64,000 nucleotides of DNA from Hamiltosporidium tvaerminnensis FI-OER-3-3 (GCA_022605425.2 CM061249.1:62001-126000); one strand, 5' to 3'. Shown: positions 1 to 15,618, counted from the first letter of the stretch. The notes: generated by a model from the sequence alone, not told the origin. Made by a program: numbers and translations.

Positions 1-3000
1 AAGCGTTCTAAAAAAAAGGTGAATTTACTTATAGTAGATAAAATAAACAAAAAAATGTTTTGTAAGAATCTCTTCTAAATTGGGAAGAAAAGTAATATAT
101 AAAATAAGAAAAAAATAAAGAAAAAATAAAAAAAACTGTTTTACTAAGAAAAATTTAATATGTAAATTTGAATTGGATTGTCACGGAGGAAATTAAACTT
201 GCTATTCCATGCTAGCCAAAACCAAAAAAAAAATTTAAACACTAACTTAATTGGTTTAGTTAATTATTTTTAGTATGTTTCGTAATCTTTCTTTAAAGAT
301 GAATCATGATAAAGAGATTCTGAAGTCTAGGTAATGTTTATAAAATAGTTGGTCTGAAATAATACAGGGAGAAGAATGTGATGAATTGGGATAGTATTAT
401 GGTATGTAGAGATACATTTTCAAGGTGCATTTTTCAAAAAGGGAGATAGAGGGAAGTAAGTAGGTTGGGTAAAAAAACGTGTAATAAAAAGTTAGTGTGT
501 TAGTCAGAATAAAAACGGGCATCACTTGTCTTTTTCTTTAAGCTTTTAGTTCAGTTCTTGAAATTTGATTTAATTCGGATTATCTCTTAGAGTGATCACC
601 CAACCCTGAAGGAGTTTGGATCAATTACATATTTGAGTTCAAAAATACCTTTATTCTATCTGTAAATATTTAAATATTAAAAACAATTTAAATTTGATAG
701 TGACTTTTTTGAAAATTTGTTACTATAAAAGCTCCGATTGTTTATATTGTTTTATTTTTGTCTACATTTTACTAAAAAGTGAATTTTTCTACATACTTTT
801 TTTGAAAAATTGCGTTTTCAAAAACCGTATAAAGTTATTTTTAGATTCCCTTGAATTCTTTGTACAAATTCAAAATATTTTGTTCCGTTTTAGTATTCTA
901 TAACTTTTTACAATTCATTGCAAATTTTTTAGTCAGTTATATATTTTTTACCTTCCTGCTAGTTTGGTTTAGTTAGTACTGTATAAATTTAAATGTAATT
1001 GTATATTTATATTTATTAAAATTTTAACCTTTATAATTTTTTTACATATTTAAAATTGTCTACTATTTTCATGTATCCATTTATGATAAATATATATACC
1101 AGGGCTTAATAATATCTATAAATTGTCTTATTCCTTCTACTTCTACCTACTATGTGCAAAATTCTAGCTTTTTTTGTGAGAAAATTAAGATTTTTGATAA
1201 ATATACGACTTTCTTTGAATAATAATTACTTTCTAAATTAAAAAAAATATTGCCAAGCCGAAAATATTAAGTTCAAATTTGTTTGAAAGAATCTATTAAA
1301 CGTACAAATTTAACTTTTCAAACAAATTACTAAAGTGATATAGCACCTTAGCATATTTCATTCTGAATTTATGTGTTACCTTCGCAAATTATATTCAAAT
1401 TAAGAAATTGAAAATTTTCAGAAGAGTTTTTAGTCGTAAAAAAGTACATTTAAAATGAAGACAAATTGTTTTTTTTCGTTATGAAAATACCGAATTTTGA
1501 GCAACACTCATGTTAATAGTTTTTTAGGAAATATGCATCAAGTTATTTTTTTTTTATTTTTTAGTAATTTACAAAAATAAAAAATTTGAAAGTACGTTTA
1601 TGATTAGGGGGTTTATCTTAAAATTATGGTTGATTAATTCTAAACTTCGGAGGTGCATGTTTTTAGCTATTTAATCACAATTAGGAAGTAAATTTTTCGT
1701 TTTATATAATATTACTTTTTATGTCTATTATTCAGTTAGAGAATATATCAAAACAGTCAGTTCTATGATTTCTTAAAAGATTTAAGTGTTTTGTAGAATT
1801 CGTTTTATCATAGGCTAAAAATTTTTTTTTGAAATATATTAAAAGTTGATTATTTTATATGCTCCTATAGTTTACTTGAAAAAAGAAAATCTTAAGAAAA
1901 CCTGGTAAATTATAAGTTTAACCGGTCTTGGATCTAGGTTTGAAACTTTTATTTAAGAATAGCTTGTTAAAAACATTAGATTGAGTAAGTAAAATTTCTT
2001 CCTTCTTTGCCACTTATATTTGATAAATATGTAGGTCCAGAGGTTAAAAATATATTATGCATTTTGTGTAGACAGATAGCAAAAAACATCGATAATTCTA
2101 ATCGTTAGAATATTGCAGAAAAAAATTTAAAGAAATTGTTTTTGCGACTAATATTTTTTTTAAAAAAACGAAAAAGAAACAAATTAATTTATATATTGAC
2201 TTAATTTGTATGTATTTTCTAATTTAAGAAAATACTATAAACTTTATGTAGATTTGCATTTTAAAGAAAACGAAAGACTGATCTAAAGAAATTTTATGTG
2301 GTTTGTACACTTTTCATACTTTTTTTCAGACGATCGGGCCTACTAGTAATTTAAAAACACTTTTTTATAAAATTAGGCTTATGTCTTTTTTAAGAACGTA
2401 GTAATTTTAGAATTGATAGGTTTGAAAGAAATATCGTTAATACTTTTCGGTTTCGTTTCTAATTATAGAATAAAATTAAGTATTCTTTCTATTCAACACT
2501 GTGAATATTAGAAGTTCTTCTTATGTACTTGGTTAACGTATTTCTATTTACTATACTCAATATCATACAAGGGTTTTTTTGTAATTAGAATATATATATT
2601 TTCCAGATAAAAGCAAGTATATACTGTTTAACTGTAAAATAAAATAGATATCTTCAACAGGGGTTTAGAAATACTTTTTACTAAAAATCAGTACTTAGAC
2701 CTGTTTTTAAAATTTATATAATCTAACTTTTCATATAAAACCTAAATTTATACAGACATATAGAAAAATTTGGTTATTTTATTAAAAAATGATCAGAGTA
2801 GTTTTAGTTTTCCCAGTATTTTTATAGAGAAGGTTTGTTTTATAAGCTAAAAATGGTCTTTATGGTCTATTCTTATATTAGAGCATATGCCAGATACAAT
2901 GATTTCAAAAGGGTAAGATATTTATCTATATTATCAGGATGACAGGGGCTATTCTTTTGATTCTTTGATTTTACCAATTTATATTTATTATATTAAAAAC

Positions 3001-3699
3001 TATAAATTAGCGTACGTTATTAATCTCGAGCATCTTCTATATCAAAACATTTCATATTTCTATGTCTTATTGCTCTTCTGTCATTGGGTAGTATTTTGTA
3101 TACTCTTTGATAACTTTGTTTCACTATATTTTCCTATAAGCCTTATATCAAATACCCCTTATTTACTATTTTTATGATATTCGCTGAATAATTTATTTCA
3201 AACTTTAGGTTGTTAGGTGATATGATTTCGGAAAATTCTAATATAGGATTATTTGCAAAATTCCAGAGAATATTCATAGACTAGTATAAATAATTTGTTA
3301 ATCTCGTGAAAAATTCGGATTTGCTCAAACAAGTGATTATATTTGATTTTAAAAGTCTAATATATAATCCTATCAGCAACAATCTGTGTTAATGTAAATC
3401 TTATTCAATGAGCCTGATTGCGAAAAAAAAATTGTAATTTAAGATGAAAACTTTTACTTTGAGCATATACACGAAATGAATTAATACATTGCAGCTAAAC
3501 ACGTTATGGCAGTCAGTTAAGCAAATTGTATAAATGTTTTATGAACAATTTGAACTTTATTTTACTTATCCCACAGTTCTTACTGAAAAATATTAAGTTT
3601 GAAATTCTGTTCATAAGCTATCTTTAAAAACTCATATATAATCTAATAAGATTTATGCAAATAGTGCGCCAATTTCTATACGGATCAAAAAGTTCGTCC

Positions 3700-6600
3700 T
3701 GCTAACTGTAGTAATACAGTGAAGGAGTGTGTCATATACAAGACAAGCACTATCTGTGTTATAGTGCTGCTTGTAGTTAAGGGTATTAATTCTTTTGTTG
3801 TTATTCAAAAGGTGTTAAGCTCTATACAGTGTTATAGGCGTGTGTTAGTAACAATAGTGCAAAAATATCTGCTTAATATTCTAAGGTTTTCTAATTGTTT
3901 GATGGGGTTTAATTATGGTAGTATAGAAATTTCCAGAATTTTTAAAATATTTAAATAAAATTTTCTTGTCTTGCCATGGCTACAAAATATTCCTTAGCTC
4001 ATTCTGATAAAAACACGAAATATCCGACTTATAATAAAGTTGCACAGAGAAAAACACTAAGAGACAGAACAAATACAGTAAACGAACATGTTCAACTACT
4101 TTGCAATGGCTGTGGGAACATAGGTAGAAACTCCAATTTGCACCTAGATAAGACATCTACAAGAACTTCAGATCTATGTGCGGAATGTACAGACAAGACT
4201 CGTTGTACTAGTAAGAAACAAACTGAACAAAATAATGAATTGAATACAGCAGAAGTATTGCGGACCGTTCAAGCTGTTAAACCAAGGGTACGGGGTAGAG
4301 ACTTGGGTGATACGCCGCATGAACAGACAGTCTCGTTAAACAGCTAACTAAACAACATGTCAAAAAAGAAATACCATCATCATCCTAAAGCTGACTCCTC
4401 TTCTTTTCTTTCTGATCATACAAATAACACCCAAGATAATATTTTTCAAAAATCAAGAGCAGGGAAAAATGTTTTACCCTCTGTTATGGAAAAGGCACAT
4501 TTGAAAAAAGGTAAGGATGTCGATTGGATAGAAACATAAGATACATCATTAACAAAATATCATAATGCAAACGTGGTAAATGAGATGACTGATGCTACTG
4601 ATAAAAGAACACGAATTCTGATACCACAACACTCTATGAGACAACACAGATTACACACATCAACAATACGCTCACTAGCAGCAGAAATAAAACCACAGGT
4701 AAGATACTTTCAAGACTCAGAGTCAGAGTTCATATACGTACAGTCCCGAAACAGAACACGCTCGGAGGTGGTACGGACGTGGCAAAGCAACAGAAAAGTA
4801 TCTCTGTAAGGCTTGAGGATAAACCTTGAAGCTTGAATCACATTCAAAAAATTGAGAAACCCTATAGGAAACGAAGTTTGGAAACAACAAATAGTGAAAA
4901 AGGAGAAGATCAAGTACAGAAAAGAAATTCCAAGCAGATATCAAGGAGACCATAAGTGACAAATCGGAGGTAGCCATCTCAGTAAGATACAATATTCTAA
5001 AGAAGAAAGAATAAATGAAGCAGAAGTGTAGCCCAATTAAACTAACTGCTGGTGCAACTAGCGCTTATAACACAAGAGAAATCACCTTTTACAAATGCTA
5101 GACACGTTTTACTATACTTTGGCAATATAACTTCTAAAAAAATATCACTATATCCGCTCGCTTTGAAGAACATTCAACCGGCTGCTAGTAAGTTGGTTGT
5201 AAACATTAAGTTTATCTCTAATACTGTGTTAGAAGTGATATGCAAAGAGTCTGTGCAAATTGAGGTGATTAGAGTGTTTAGAAAGCTTAGAGCCAAACAC
5301 TTTATTAACTCGCCTGAAGTGGATAGTAATGGTCTTTTGGAAATAAGAAGTTATTTACCTAAATGAAGAAGATTAAAGAAAGACAGGGCAACAAGAACGA
5401 CAAACTAAGAATGCTAGCAGTTCGTATACTCAAGAGTAAAGGAATCGAACTACACGAGATGATAAAAAGTCTCAATATTGAAACCAATGATATTGAGATA
5501 GATTACTCCTCGGGCTTTAACAATAAACCCTAGTATTTTTAAAGTAGGGTATATCAATATTGGGGGATTATCTGGTAATAAAATTTTTAACATAAATAAT
5601 TTGATTCAAAGACATGAGTTGGACATCCTCAGAGTGGCTGAAACACGGAGAGATAATATAACGCCACTCTTAAGAGGATATAAAGTTTTAAACAGTAAGA
5701 AATCTGTCCAAGTAAGAGACAGATACTCAAACAAAGAAGGTATAATAGTATTAGGTAGGAATAGGATTGTTAGTGAGGCAATTGACAATATAATAGATGA
5801 AGGGGTTTCAATTAAAGTGAATGAGCAAATTTTTATTTTTATATATAGACCCCCAAAAAGTACAGAATTTAACATCGTAAAACCTACATTAAACCAATAC
5901 CTGTATAAAAGATTATACATTTTATGAGACTATAACTTATAACAACACAAGACACTTTTACAGCAAATTTTAGATAACCACGCAATGTATGGATTGTCAG
6001 AGATCGACATTCTAACAAATACATACAAAGACAATAATAAAGAATCAAAACCTGATAAGATATTTACAAAAACGATAGTAGATATTAAGATTTCTACGAT
6101 TGTGGGATTAAATCACAAGCTATTTATATTAAAACCGATAGAAATACAAAAAAAAGAAAACTAAGTATAATATAAGACTCTTGACTAGACTAAAAGTAGT
6201 AGAAAATATTACAAATAAAATAGAGATTTTAATTAAGAAGAATGCGAATATTATAAGAACTCTAAATATCAATGACTATTGCGCAGCTTTACATAATATC
6301 ATACTTTCTGGTGTATATAGACTCAGAATACGCAAACAAAGTCGTACGAACTTCAATCCAGTCATTCAGCACATTAGTAGAGCACGTGAAAAAGCAAGGC
6401 ACAATAATCCAATCTTGTATGAAAGGTTATATAAAGAAGTAAAGAATTTAACGAAAAACCTACCGGATACTAAAACTCGTGACCTAAAAGTAGAACACAT
6501 TGGTTTAAAAACATCACAATTAGAAGCCATTATGAATTTCCATGGTAACGCAATCCCAAACAATAGACAAAATAATAGTAAAGAATTACTTAATAGCTTT

Positions 6601-8593
6601 GTTTTAGATGGGAAGATAACAAGCTTAGAGGAAACAGTAAATTGGATAAAAGTTACCACAATAGTTTATTTAGCAAACACACCATACAGAGAAAAAAAAA
6701 GATACACCAGCTATCTGTTGATGAGGTAGAGAAATGTATGAAAATATTAAAAGGTGGCAAAGCGGGTGGGATTTGCGGTATTAAGAATGAATTCCTTAAG
6801 ATTTGTCCGCGCAACTTTATAGTAGAGCTTACCTACATGTTTAACAATATTTTTAGGGACAAAGAGATTCCTTTGCTTCGGAAGAAACACATGATACAAC
6901 CAATACCCAAAGGTGATAGCGAGTTTAGATCTATTTCATTGATAGATAAAACACGTAAACTATTTGAAAAACTAATTTTTCGCAAATTTGAGGTAAGCTG
7001 ACAAGACAACAAGCTGGTTTTAGACTGAAGCATTCGACCATTAACCACCCCTTAACAATTACACTAGATTAAGACATGGCAAAAGGAGAAGGAATCTGTG
7101 TTACTTTGGATAATTCCAAAGCATATGACAGTGTATATCGTAAGAGGTTGTACGAGAAACTAATGATAAAGCAGAAGTTTTCAAGAGAAGATACAATTCT
7201 AATAGCTGCACTGATCGAGAAAAAAGAGTAAAAGATCAACACATTAATAGAAAATAATAATTGAAAACTGCTGCTCTTGGATTACCTAGGGAAGCATTTT
7301 ATCTCAAATTTTATTTAACGTGTTTATTGATGATATCGTAAAGAGAATGCCAGAGCATCTGGTATCATACATAACTATTTCCGCAGACGACATTTCATTA
7401 TTTAGCTCACGGCATAGCACAATGCAATACAGATAGATCAATGTCAATCGCACGCGAATGTCAAAAGATATGAATTAAACACAAGGAAATGTTTTTACAA
7501 TGCTTCAACGGATCACGATTTCTATGTAGATGGTACCAGGTTGGAAAAACAAGTCCCGCTGAAATATTAAGGATATTTTTTTAACAATAAATGTGCAAGT
7601 ACCATGAAAATCCTTATAGTCATAAGGCAAAAATCCGTTAGAGCGGCAGTGATTACAAATAAGTTACTAAAAAAGACACAATATAGTAATTATAACCTGC
7701 AATATTATCAATCAAAATTAAGAATGTATACTAGATTTATACGCCCTCATATAGATTATTATGCCCAGCTGCTCGGTTGTAATGAAACGTTTAATGAAGG
7801 CACCGATAGGATAGAAAAAGGCATAATAAAATATCTATATAAAATTTATTTCAAAACGCCAACGAAGATCTTATACGCATTATTTCCCTTGGAAAATACA
7901 AAGCAAAGAGCAGATAGACTTAGGAGCAATGTTGCTTATAAGATCATACACACAAGAAAAACACTTTTAAGATGGATATTCAAGCCGAATAAATCCAAAA
8001 ATATTAGCAATTTAAAGAAAAATTACAAGTAAATCAAGAATAAGATTTAGGGAAATGAATTTAAAGCAAAATATAATAGCTGGCAAAGAGAAAATTTGCG
8101 CTTTAAATTCCAAATCTTTAACTCTTTCGAGAATCCAAGGCAGCACAATTTCAAAAGGATTCCAACAACAAGATTTAAAGCTTTTTTAGATATTCTTACT
8201 CCAGACTATAAAAGAGAAAATATAATTAAAATTTTAAAAAAAATTTATTCAGCATAATATAGATCACCCAAGTTAGTGGGGTAAATATTGGCCTTATTAA
8301 GCCACAAGATACGAATTAGCAGGTACGTTAGGGCAGGGAGCCCGCAAGGGACGTTCTGCCATATTTAAAAAATTTTTACCAGTTAATATTTTAAAGCAGA
8401 TCAGGTTGAGAAGATACCCATGAAACAAGACAATCTGGAACCTCAAGGAATTCTATATGAGGCTTCGTGGAAATATAAGGGCTAGATGAAACTGTAGTAA
8501 CAGGTGTTATTAATTATACCAGGAGTAGGGGTTTAACTGTGTGTAAATTCTGAAATTTTTCAGAACTTAAAAATATTTAAATAACACTTTCTT
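3700..8593 (+). mobile_element. Decayed APE-type non-LTR retrotransposon (LINE): fragmented ORF1 (~3976-5440), then APE endonuclease and reverse transcriptase (~5540-8030), with many stops and frameshifts
   Basis: APE motifs: KVGYINIGGL (~5541), LDILRVAETR, IYRPP. RT motifs across frames: KAGGICGIKNEFLK, IQPIPK..FRSISLID..RKLFEKLI, QAGFRLKHST, LDNSKAYDSV, LFNVFIDD, SADDI (YADD-like). C-terminal FIRPHIDY. Boundaries approximate. Confidence 0.85.
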
Positions 8594-10696
8594 TTCCTAA
8601 CCCTATTCTCCCACGATCCTTTATCATTTAAGATTTTTAGCTTTGAGATATCTTTCCATCATTTCTTTCTTAATCTTCTTTTTTAAAAAATTACCAGATC
8701 TGAAGCTCTAGTTAAGTATCTAGGTCTAATATTTTTAAAAAAATCAATAGAATAGAAGTTATAAGAAAAAAAACCAAACTTCTTAAATTAAAAGAAAATA
8801 TATTTTCTGCGATTCGCACGTTCAAAAAAAGTCGCTTTTAAAAAATTTTTGTCATATGTAACTTTTCGATATTGAATCTAAAAATATTGGTAATTTAAAT
8901 CCGTAAAGAAAACAAAATGTAATATTTATCATTACATTTCTGCGTCTTCGTGACAGGTTTTGGCATTAATTCCCAAGGCGAATTCTTTATTTTAAATCTT
9001 ACAAAATTTTTAGATCATAAAGTCTATTCAAGTAAGTTTAATAATGAATATTGTATTAAGCTTTAGATTTTCTATATTCTTCTATAATTCTGATGCTAAT
9101 GTTTTCTGAGTACATTATATCTGAACGGCGATTTTTTTCCATAAATATTAAATGTATAATTTACATGTTCAGATTATAATTTTACACTCTCTATTTTTTT
9201 GGCTGTTTAGAATACATATTTGTAACTTCTACTAAATCGTAACACCTTGAGCACAAAAATATTGTAAGAGTTTTTGAGCCTTCTAAGACTACAAAAATTA
9301 TGCATTTTTTAAATATCATCTGTGAGTGTCTTGAATGTAAGACTATTTTGATATAAATAGCTGTATCATGGGTTTACTATAACTCTCTTCAGTAAATTCA
9401 TTGAAATAAATCACTCTCGCTAAGATAGATAGATTCATATGAAAATATCTAAAATAGAAGCAAAAAAAAGACTGAACTTACTGAATTAAGCATCGAAATT
9501 GACGATTATCTTGGTACCATATCTTCTGTAATTTTATATTCTATTATCACTTGAAACTGTTAGTCCTATATCTTCTTCGTTTTCTCAACACAAGGAATTT
9601 CAATTATTTTATCCCAATATGCTACCATTATGTTCCGTAAAGTCTGGATTATGGCCAGAAAAAAACTTAAACTTTTAAATTTAACTAAAAAATATTCACA
9701 ATAGGTTTCCCTACATAATTTTTTTTTACTGAAAAAATTTGATAGAACCCATGATACACTACCATTTTACTTTATGCCGAAAATCTTAATTGAAACTAAA
9801 TATCGGTTTGATATCTGAACCAGATATTTCTAACATCAAAAAATTACAATCTTTTATTCATAATTTTTTCTAAGCGATTTAACTGCTAAAATGATACATA
9901 GTCAATAGCATGAAAACAATTTGATCAGATATTTTCGTAGTTTTTGATTTTTTTTCGGGAGGTAGTGACTAACATCGTTCCTACATGAGAAATTCAACGT
10001 AATATTTCCTTTTTAACGAATATTTTATAATATATTGGAAATAATCTAATCTTTGGATTTATCCTGAAAGGAATCCTTCTACTGTGTCAACATTGTTCCG
10101 TTAAAAATCTTTTTATTTTCATAGAAAGTTCTCTAAGCGTATTCATGACGAATCTTGTATCTTTGGTTTTTAAAACTCTGAAATTTTTACATTCTTCTCA
10201 TTAGTAATTGTTATATAATTTTTTTGATTCTTGAGTGCGATAAATTCTTTTGGCCTGTGAATTTGTACGTAAATTATATAACAGAAGAATAAATAATAGC
10301 CTTACTTCGAATTCGTTATTGTATGTGCCATTCTTTTCCTATACAGCGGCGCTTCTGTGCATTTGTATTCTTACCTTAAATTATGCTTCTACTTTTTTAG
10401 TTTTTTTACATATAGAGTACCAAGTCTGACTTTTCTATAATTTTCTTTGCTTTCATCACCATTGCAAATTTTTTTCTTTTAATTTTTTTAAAAAAGCATT
10501 TTGAATATTTTTCGCGTTTATTTAAATAAATGTTTCTTCGTTTGATATCATATCAAAGTATTTAAAAATAAATAAATTAGTAATCTTATATTTTTGAATA
10601 AAAATAATTGAGTCGGTTGTAAATTTAGCCCATTAAAAAATTTGGATATTATTACGAATTGGTATTAAAATTTTTTAAAAATATTACAAAAATATC

Positions 10697-11734
10697 AAAA
10701 CGAAAACTCCATTCAAAGCTATATAATGCAAGAAAAAATGAGCTTGTAAGTGTTAGTGACTCTTCAAGGTGGCTAAAGAGAGGAAATATTAGGCCACGAA
10801 ATGAAGCTGTGTTCTGCTATATCCAGGATAGAAATGTATTCTGGGGAGCAGATGGTGTGTGTCAACATTGTGGGAAGTCTGGTAAGACTGTAGATCATCT
10901 AGCAACTAGATGTGAAAAAATGCTAGGCCATGATTACACTAGACGGCATAATGAAGTGGTTAGATGCCTACACCTACTTCTTCTAAATAGATATAAGTTT
11001 AAGTCTTCCAAACGAATAAGGAGTCACTCAGTTCAAGAAATTCTTGATAATGAGTACGCAGAGATAAGAGTGGACACCAGAATAAAAACTGATGTTAAAA
11101 TTCGGAATAACAGACCGGACATATTTATTTTAGATAAGAAGAAGAATAAGATAACACTCATTGAAGTAGGAATCACTTCCCAAGATTCACTTCAAATAGT
11201 TGAAACTGAAAAACTTAGGAAGTATGACCTGTTAGCCAATGATTTGGGTCTCATTTATAAGTGTAGTGTTGAGATAATCCCTTATGTGATGACCTGGGAC
11301 GGTATTGTGACAAAATACCATAAATCTCATCTTAAAAGACTAGAAATACCCATGTATGTAGAGGCATACATTCAGTCTATAGTACTTAAGAATACAGTCG
11401 AAACAATTTCCTTTGATCGACGAAGAGGACTTGAGTCAGGACTAAATGCCGAAGAGAGCTGGGAGAGAGCGTCAATGGGTGTTATTATGAGATCAGAGGG
11501 GCATGAGGAACCAACACCCCCTTTAAAAGAAGAGAAGAGAGAGGAAGATGGTGAAAAAAAATTTTAAACCAAAAAATAAAGCACCCCTTATTTCACAAGG
11601 AGGAACCACTTTAGAGGAACCGACCAATAACATAAATGAAGAGTCGGATTTGGAAGAGACAATAGTGTTTAAAGAGGTAGAAGAAAACATATAAAAATGG
11701 TAAAAATGTTTTAACCCAGAATTTTATTAAATAA
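10697..11734 (+). mobile_element. 5'-truncated copy of the R4/Dong-like RLE retrotransposon (zinc knuckle, endonuclease and 3' end only) with 13-bp TSD
   Basis: Near-identical to 52042-53080. TTACAAAAATATC at 10684-10696 is repeated at 11736-11748. Ends in AACCCAGAATTTTATTAAATAA. Confidence 0.95.
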
Positions 11735-14700
11735 GTTACAAAAATATCTAATTTCATTTTTTTTGAATCTTGACCACATGGATATTGTATTTGATAAGAA
11801 AAAAACCAAATATTTATAAAAAAAATGTTTAGATTCCATTTGACAAATAAAGAATGGCTCTGAATTTAATTTATTGTGTTGGTATTTATGGCTTTATGTG
11901 AATGAAGCATAACCAATAACATTATTCAAGACGCTATGTTACAAAAACTATTGACCTTTTAATTCATTTTATTAGTCTGATTTTTTGTAAAAATTATTTT
12001 GAGAATCTAAGTGAATATAATGGTAAATATTTGCTTCCATTTCATCGGTTGTTGCCTTTATTTCCTTCTAATATGTTTGAACATTGAAATTCAATTTCTC
12101 TTGTAAATTTATTTTCTCAATTTATTTCTAAAATATTTCTTTTATATTTGGATTTTATTTGACACCCGATAAAAGTTCCATGCATATATACACTTTATGG
12201 ATTACTCCTGTATCTAGATTAATTTGATAATTTAATTATTTATTTTGCTACCACCGAGTATTTGACAATATTTTTTTTCTAATTAAGCTATGTTACTAAT
12301 AAATTTCCATTTAAATATTATCATTGGGTCTATGAAAGTATTTTAATTGATACTCTGTACTTTCAGAGTAACTTCTAGTAATGTTATATTTTAATTTTAT
12401 GTCATTTTATTACAAACTGATTATGTACGACAATTAAATACAAACTCTGGTCAGTATCTAGACTTGTACGTATACGCTTAAATTTTTGCGACAGTTGATT
12501 TCGATATTATATGCATTCTTATAGTCGCTATCATGTTTGATCTCTACCGAAAAAAACACAATAAAGACTATTGTTTTCTATCTTTAGTATACTTTGAAAA
12601 TCCTCATTATTGTCTAAGGCTTATTAAAAATTTATTTAGAATAGATTTTTCTAATTATTCTAGAAGCCATATTTTTTATTTATTTAGGGCTTGAAAGGAA
12701 AACCAATAAACAGATCTCCGAGATTTTGACTTTCATCACATGAATTTAAGTATTTTGTATACTCATTCGCGTCATACTCCAATGGTTTTTTAAGGCGTTG
12801 GAAATCTTAATATTTACTATTTACACTTAAAACCAATTGTGCTATTCTAGTAATTGAAACATTAAATATATGTTTTTCATTTTTTTACAACCAAAATTTT
12901 TATTTGTATGAAATGTAAATCCTAATATTAATTTTTGGTGTATTATTGACCAAATCTACCTGATGTAATAATTCAAAACGAAAATATGCTTCTGCGTGTT
13001 TATGTGATAATGAGGAAATAAAATATTCTTGATTTCTTATTTCACTTACATTCATCGGAAAACCTCTTTTATATTCTTATTTTATCAAGCTCTTATTGTT
13101 ATATAAATGAATTTTAATTAATCAAAGTGGTCTGATGAAAAAAAGAGGCAATAATATAAGATTTTACATCTTTTTATTCAAAAAAATATATTCTAAACTA
13201 ATATTTTAGAAACGGTCAAAAAAGGATAAAGCACGTTGAAAAATAAATCTCTCGCTAACATTCACTTCATATAGTTGAAACAGAAAAGCTATAGAAGTAT
13301 ATCTTCTTAGCTAATAGGTTAAGTCTCATTTATAGGTTTGTTCTGACTAATATTATCTGATACAGCCTGCTATGGTATTTAGGCTAAAAAATATAAAACG
13401 TATTTTAAAAAACAGAAAATACTTACGAAGATAGAGACATAAATTTAATTGAAATTCTTAAAAAGACAGCCAAGAAGGTTTTTCTATCGATAAAAAGGAG
13501 TTGGATAGGGGCCAACCGCTGAAAGGGTTTATAATGGGCATTAATTGTTTTATAAAGAGGCAAAATGCAACGAGAATCAATTTCTTAGTTAAACTGACTA
13601 ATTACAAGAAATATCGTGTTAGACAAGAAAAAATAACATCCTCCTGTATTTAAATAAAGTTACCACCTAGTAAAAGCTGAATTCATATAAATAAGAAAGT
13701 GTGTTTAGAGAAAGGAGCAAAAACTGCCAAAGAGTTGAAAAAGATATAAAAAGGTAGAAAAACATTCTAACTAGAATTTGGTTTAATAAATTAAAGTTAG
13801 TTAAAGACATTTTTGACTAATTCTAAGATTTTTTTGGATTTGCGTACTTCTTCTTTTTTTAATTCTCGTACGTATAAAAATATCGCATTTGATTTCAATG
13901 TAATTTGCCTTTTAAGAAAACTGGTTTTTATGAAAGAATAAATATAAGATAATTTAAAAAATTTCTTAACACAATGTTATTTCGCCACCCTGTTTTTGCT
14001 TTCTTTATTCTTAATTTTAGCAATTCTTTTTTACTCTTCGTTTATATTTGACATTTTTTTTATATTTTGAAGTATGCTTTGATTTCAGAATTTCACATAA
14101 CAATTTGAGTCAATTAATTAGCTGTGGCCTCCTCGGCACCTGATTCTATATAAGCGACAATATATAGCAGAAATATGAGTTGTTTTTTCTTCTCCTTTTA
14201 TATAACATCTATTGATGTTTTATAACTCTAATTAGAATTTAACACGTGGTATAGCATCTTTCTCAATAAAATCATGTTTCGAATGCTTCTTGGTACAAAG
14301 ACTGAACTTAGTTCTAATATTAAGAGTATATCATGGTCTTATAATTCATATTATGATGGCTTGCCAAAATGGGTTGACGGTCATCAAAAAGGATTATCAT
14401 ATCCACTGATCCGTGTACAAAATCATGTTATGTGTTGATATGCCATACCTTTTGATTTTTCATGTGAATTATACTTGCAATAATTCTCACTTTATTCGAC
14501 TTATCATGTTTTACTCTTATCTAAAATAAATATATATACTTTTTTGAGACCTTCAAATATATATTAAATCCTAAAAAAATCTACTTTTATATTAAAAGAA
14601 ATTTCAGCATTTAATTTTCTATTTTGAATATAATTTTCATAGTTATTCTTCCCTGATTTAATATGCTTGATTCGGGTTTCAAGAAGGGAATTAATATAAT

Positions 14701-15618
14701 GTTTGGTAGAACGTTAATTTTGAAGGTCATATGTTTTGTGTCTAATCACCTGACTTTATAATTATATAGGTTCGTTTATAATGCTATAACGTTGGCGCTT
14801 GAATTTTTAACGTTTACCTTGTAAAATTTCTGTAAAAATAATTAAATTTTCAATATTGAGTATTTTTTTATATATCCTCGTTGCTTTGTATAATTTCTTA
14901 TTTATTCTATTATGAGCATATTTTAAATTTGCACTTTTCTCTGAATTTTAGATGGATGAATTATTTTATAAAACAATGTATTTTTCCAAAAATAGTCTTT
15001 ATGAATACCATTTTGAGAAAAAAATATACATCTAAATATAGACATTCAACAACCTAAAAGGCTTAATATTTATAATAAAAAGAATACAAGCCAGCAAATT
15101 CTTATGAATGAAATAATTCTTATTGAAATTTCTTTGACTGTCTTTTTAAGGTAAAATTAAGTGATCCTTGTTTTAGAATTTCAAGACAAATTGCTGGATA
15201 TATGTAAACTTTCGCAATAATTTAAAATTTTGATTTTAATCCATTAATATTACGCTTATATTTTTGAATCATTTATTTTCGATGATTTATCCTGTAAAGA
15301 TATTTATACATAAATTGCTGTAAATAACCGGTTGCACAAACAAATTAATTTTATAAAAGCAATAAATTTTAAATCTCAAAGCTACGCGGCAGTTAAATGG
15401 TAGAAAAAATATCGCGGTTTTGGAATTATTGGAATTCATAGCAGAAATTATAAGAAAAGTAACTAAATTATATCTAAAGGATTATTTGACTCAATATTTT
15501 TCTGATTAGATTAAATTTTTCATTTGTAAGCAATACAAAAATAATGATAATGAAACATTAGGAAGTTTTTAGTATAACCAAGGAAAAAAATATTAAATAC
15601 TTTAGGTTAAAAAGTTTT

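Noticed and set aside
10659-10696. TTG start and N-terminal 12 aa of the 302-aa ORF
   Set aside because: Flanking DNA and TSD fortuitously in frame with a truncated retroelement.
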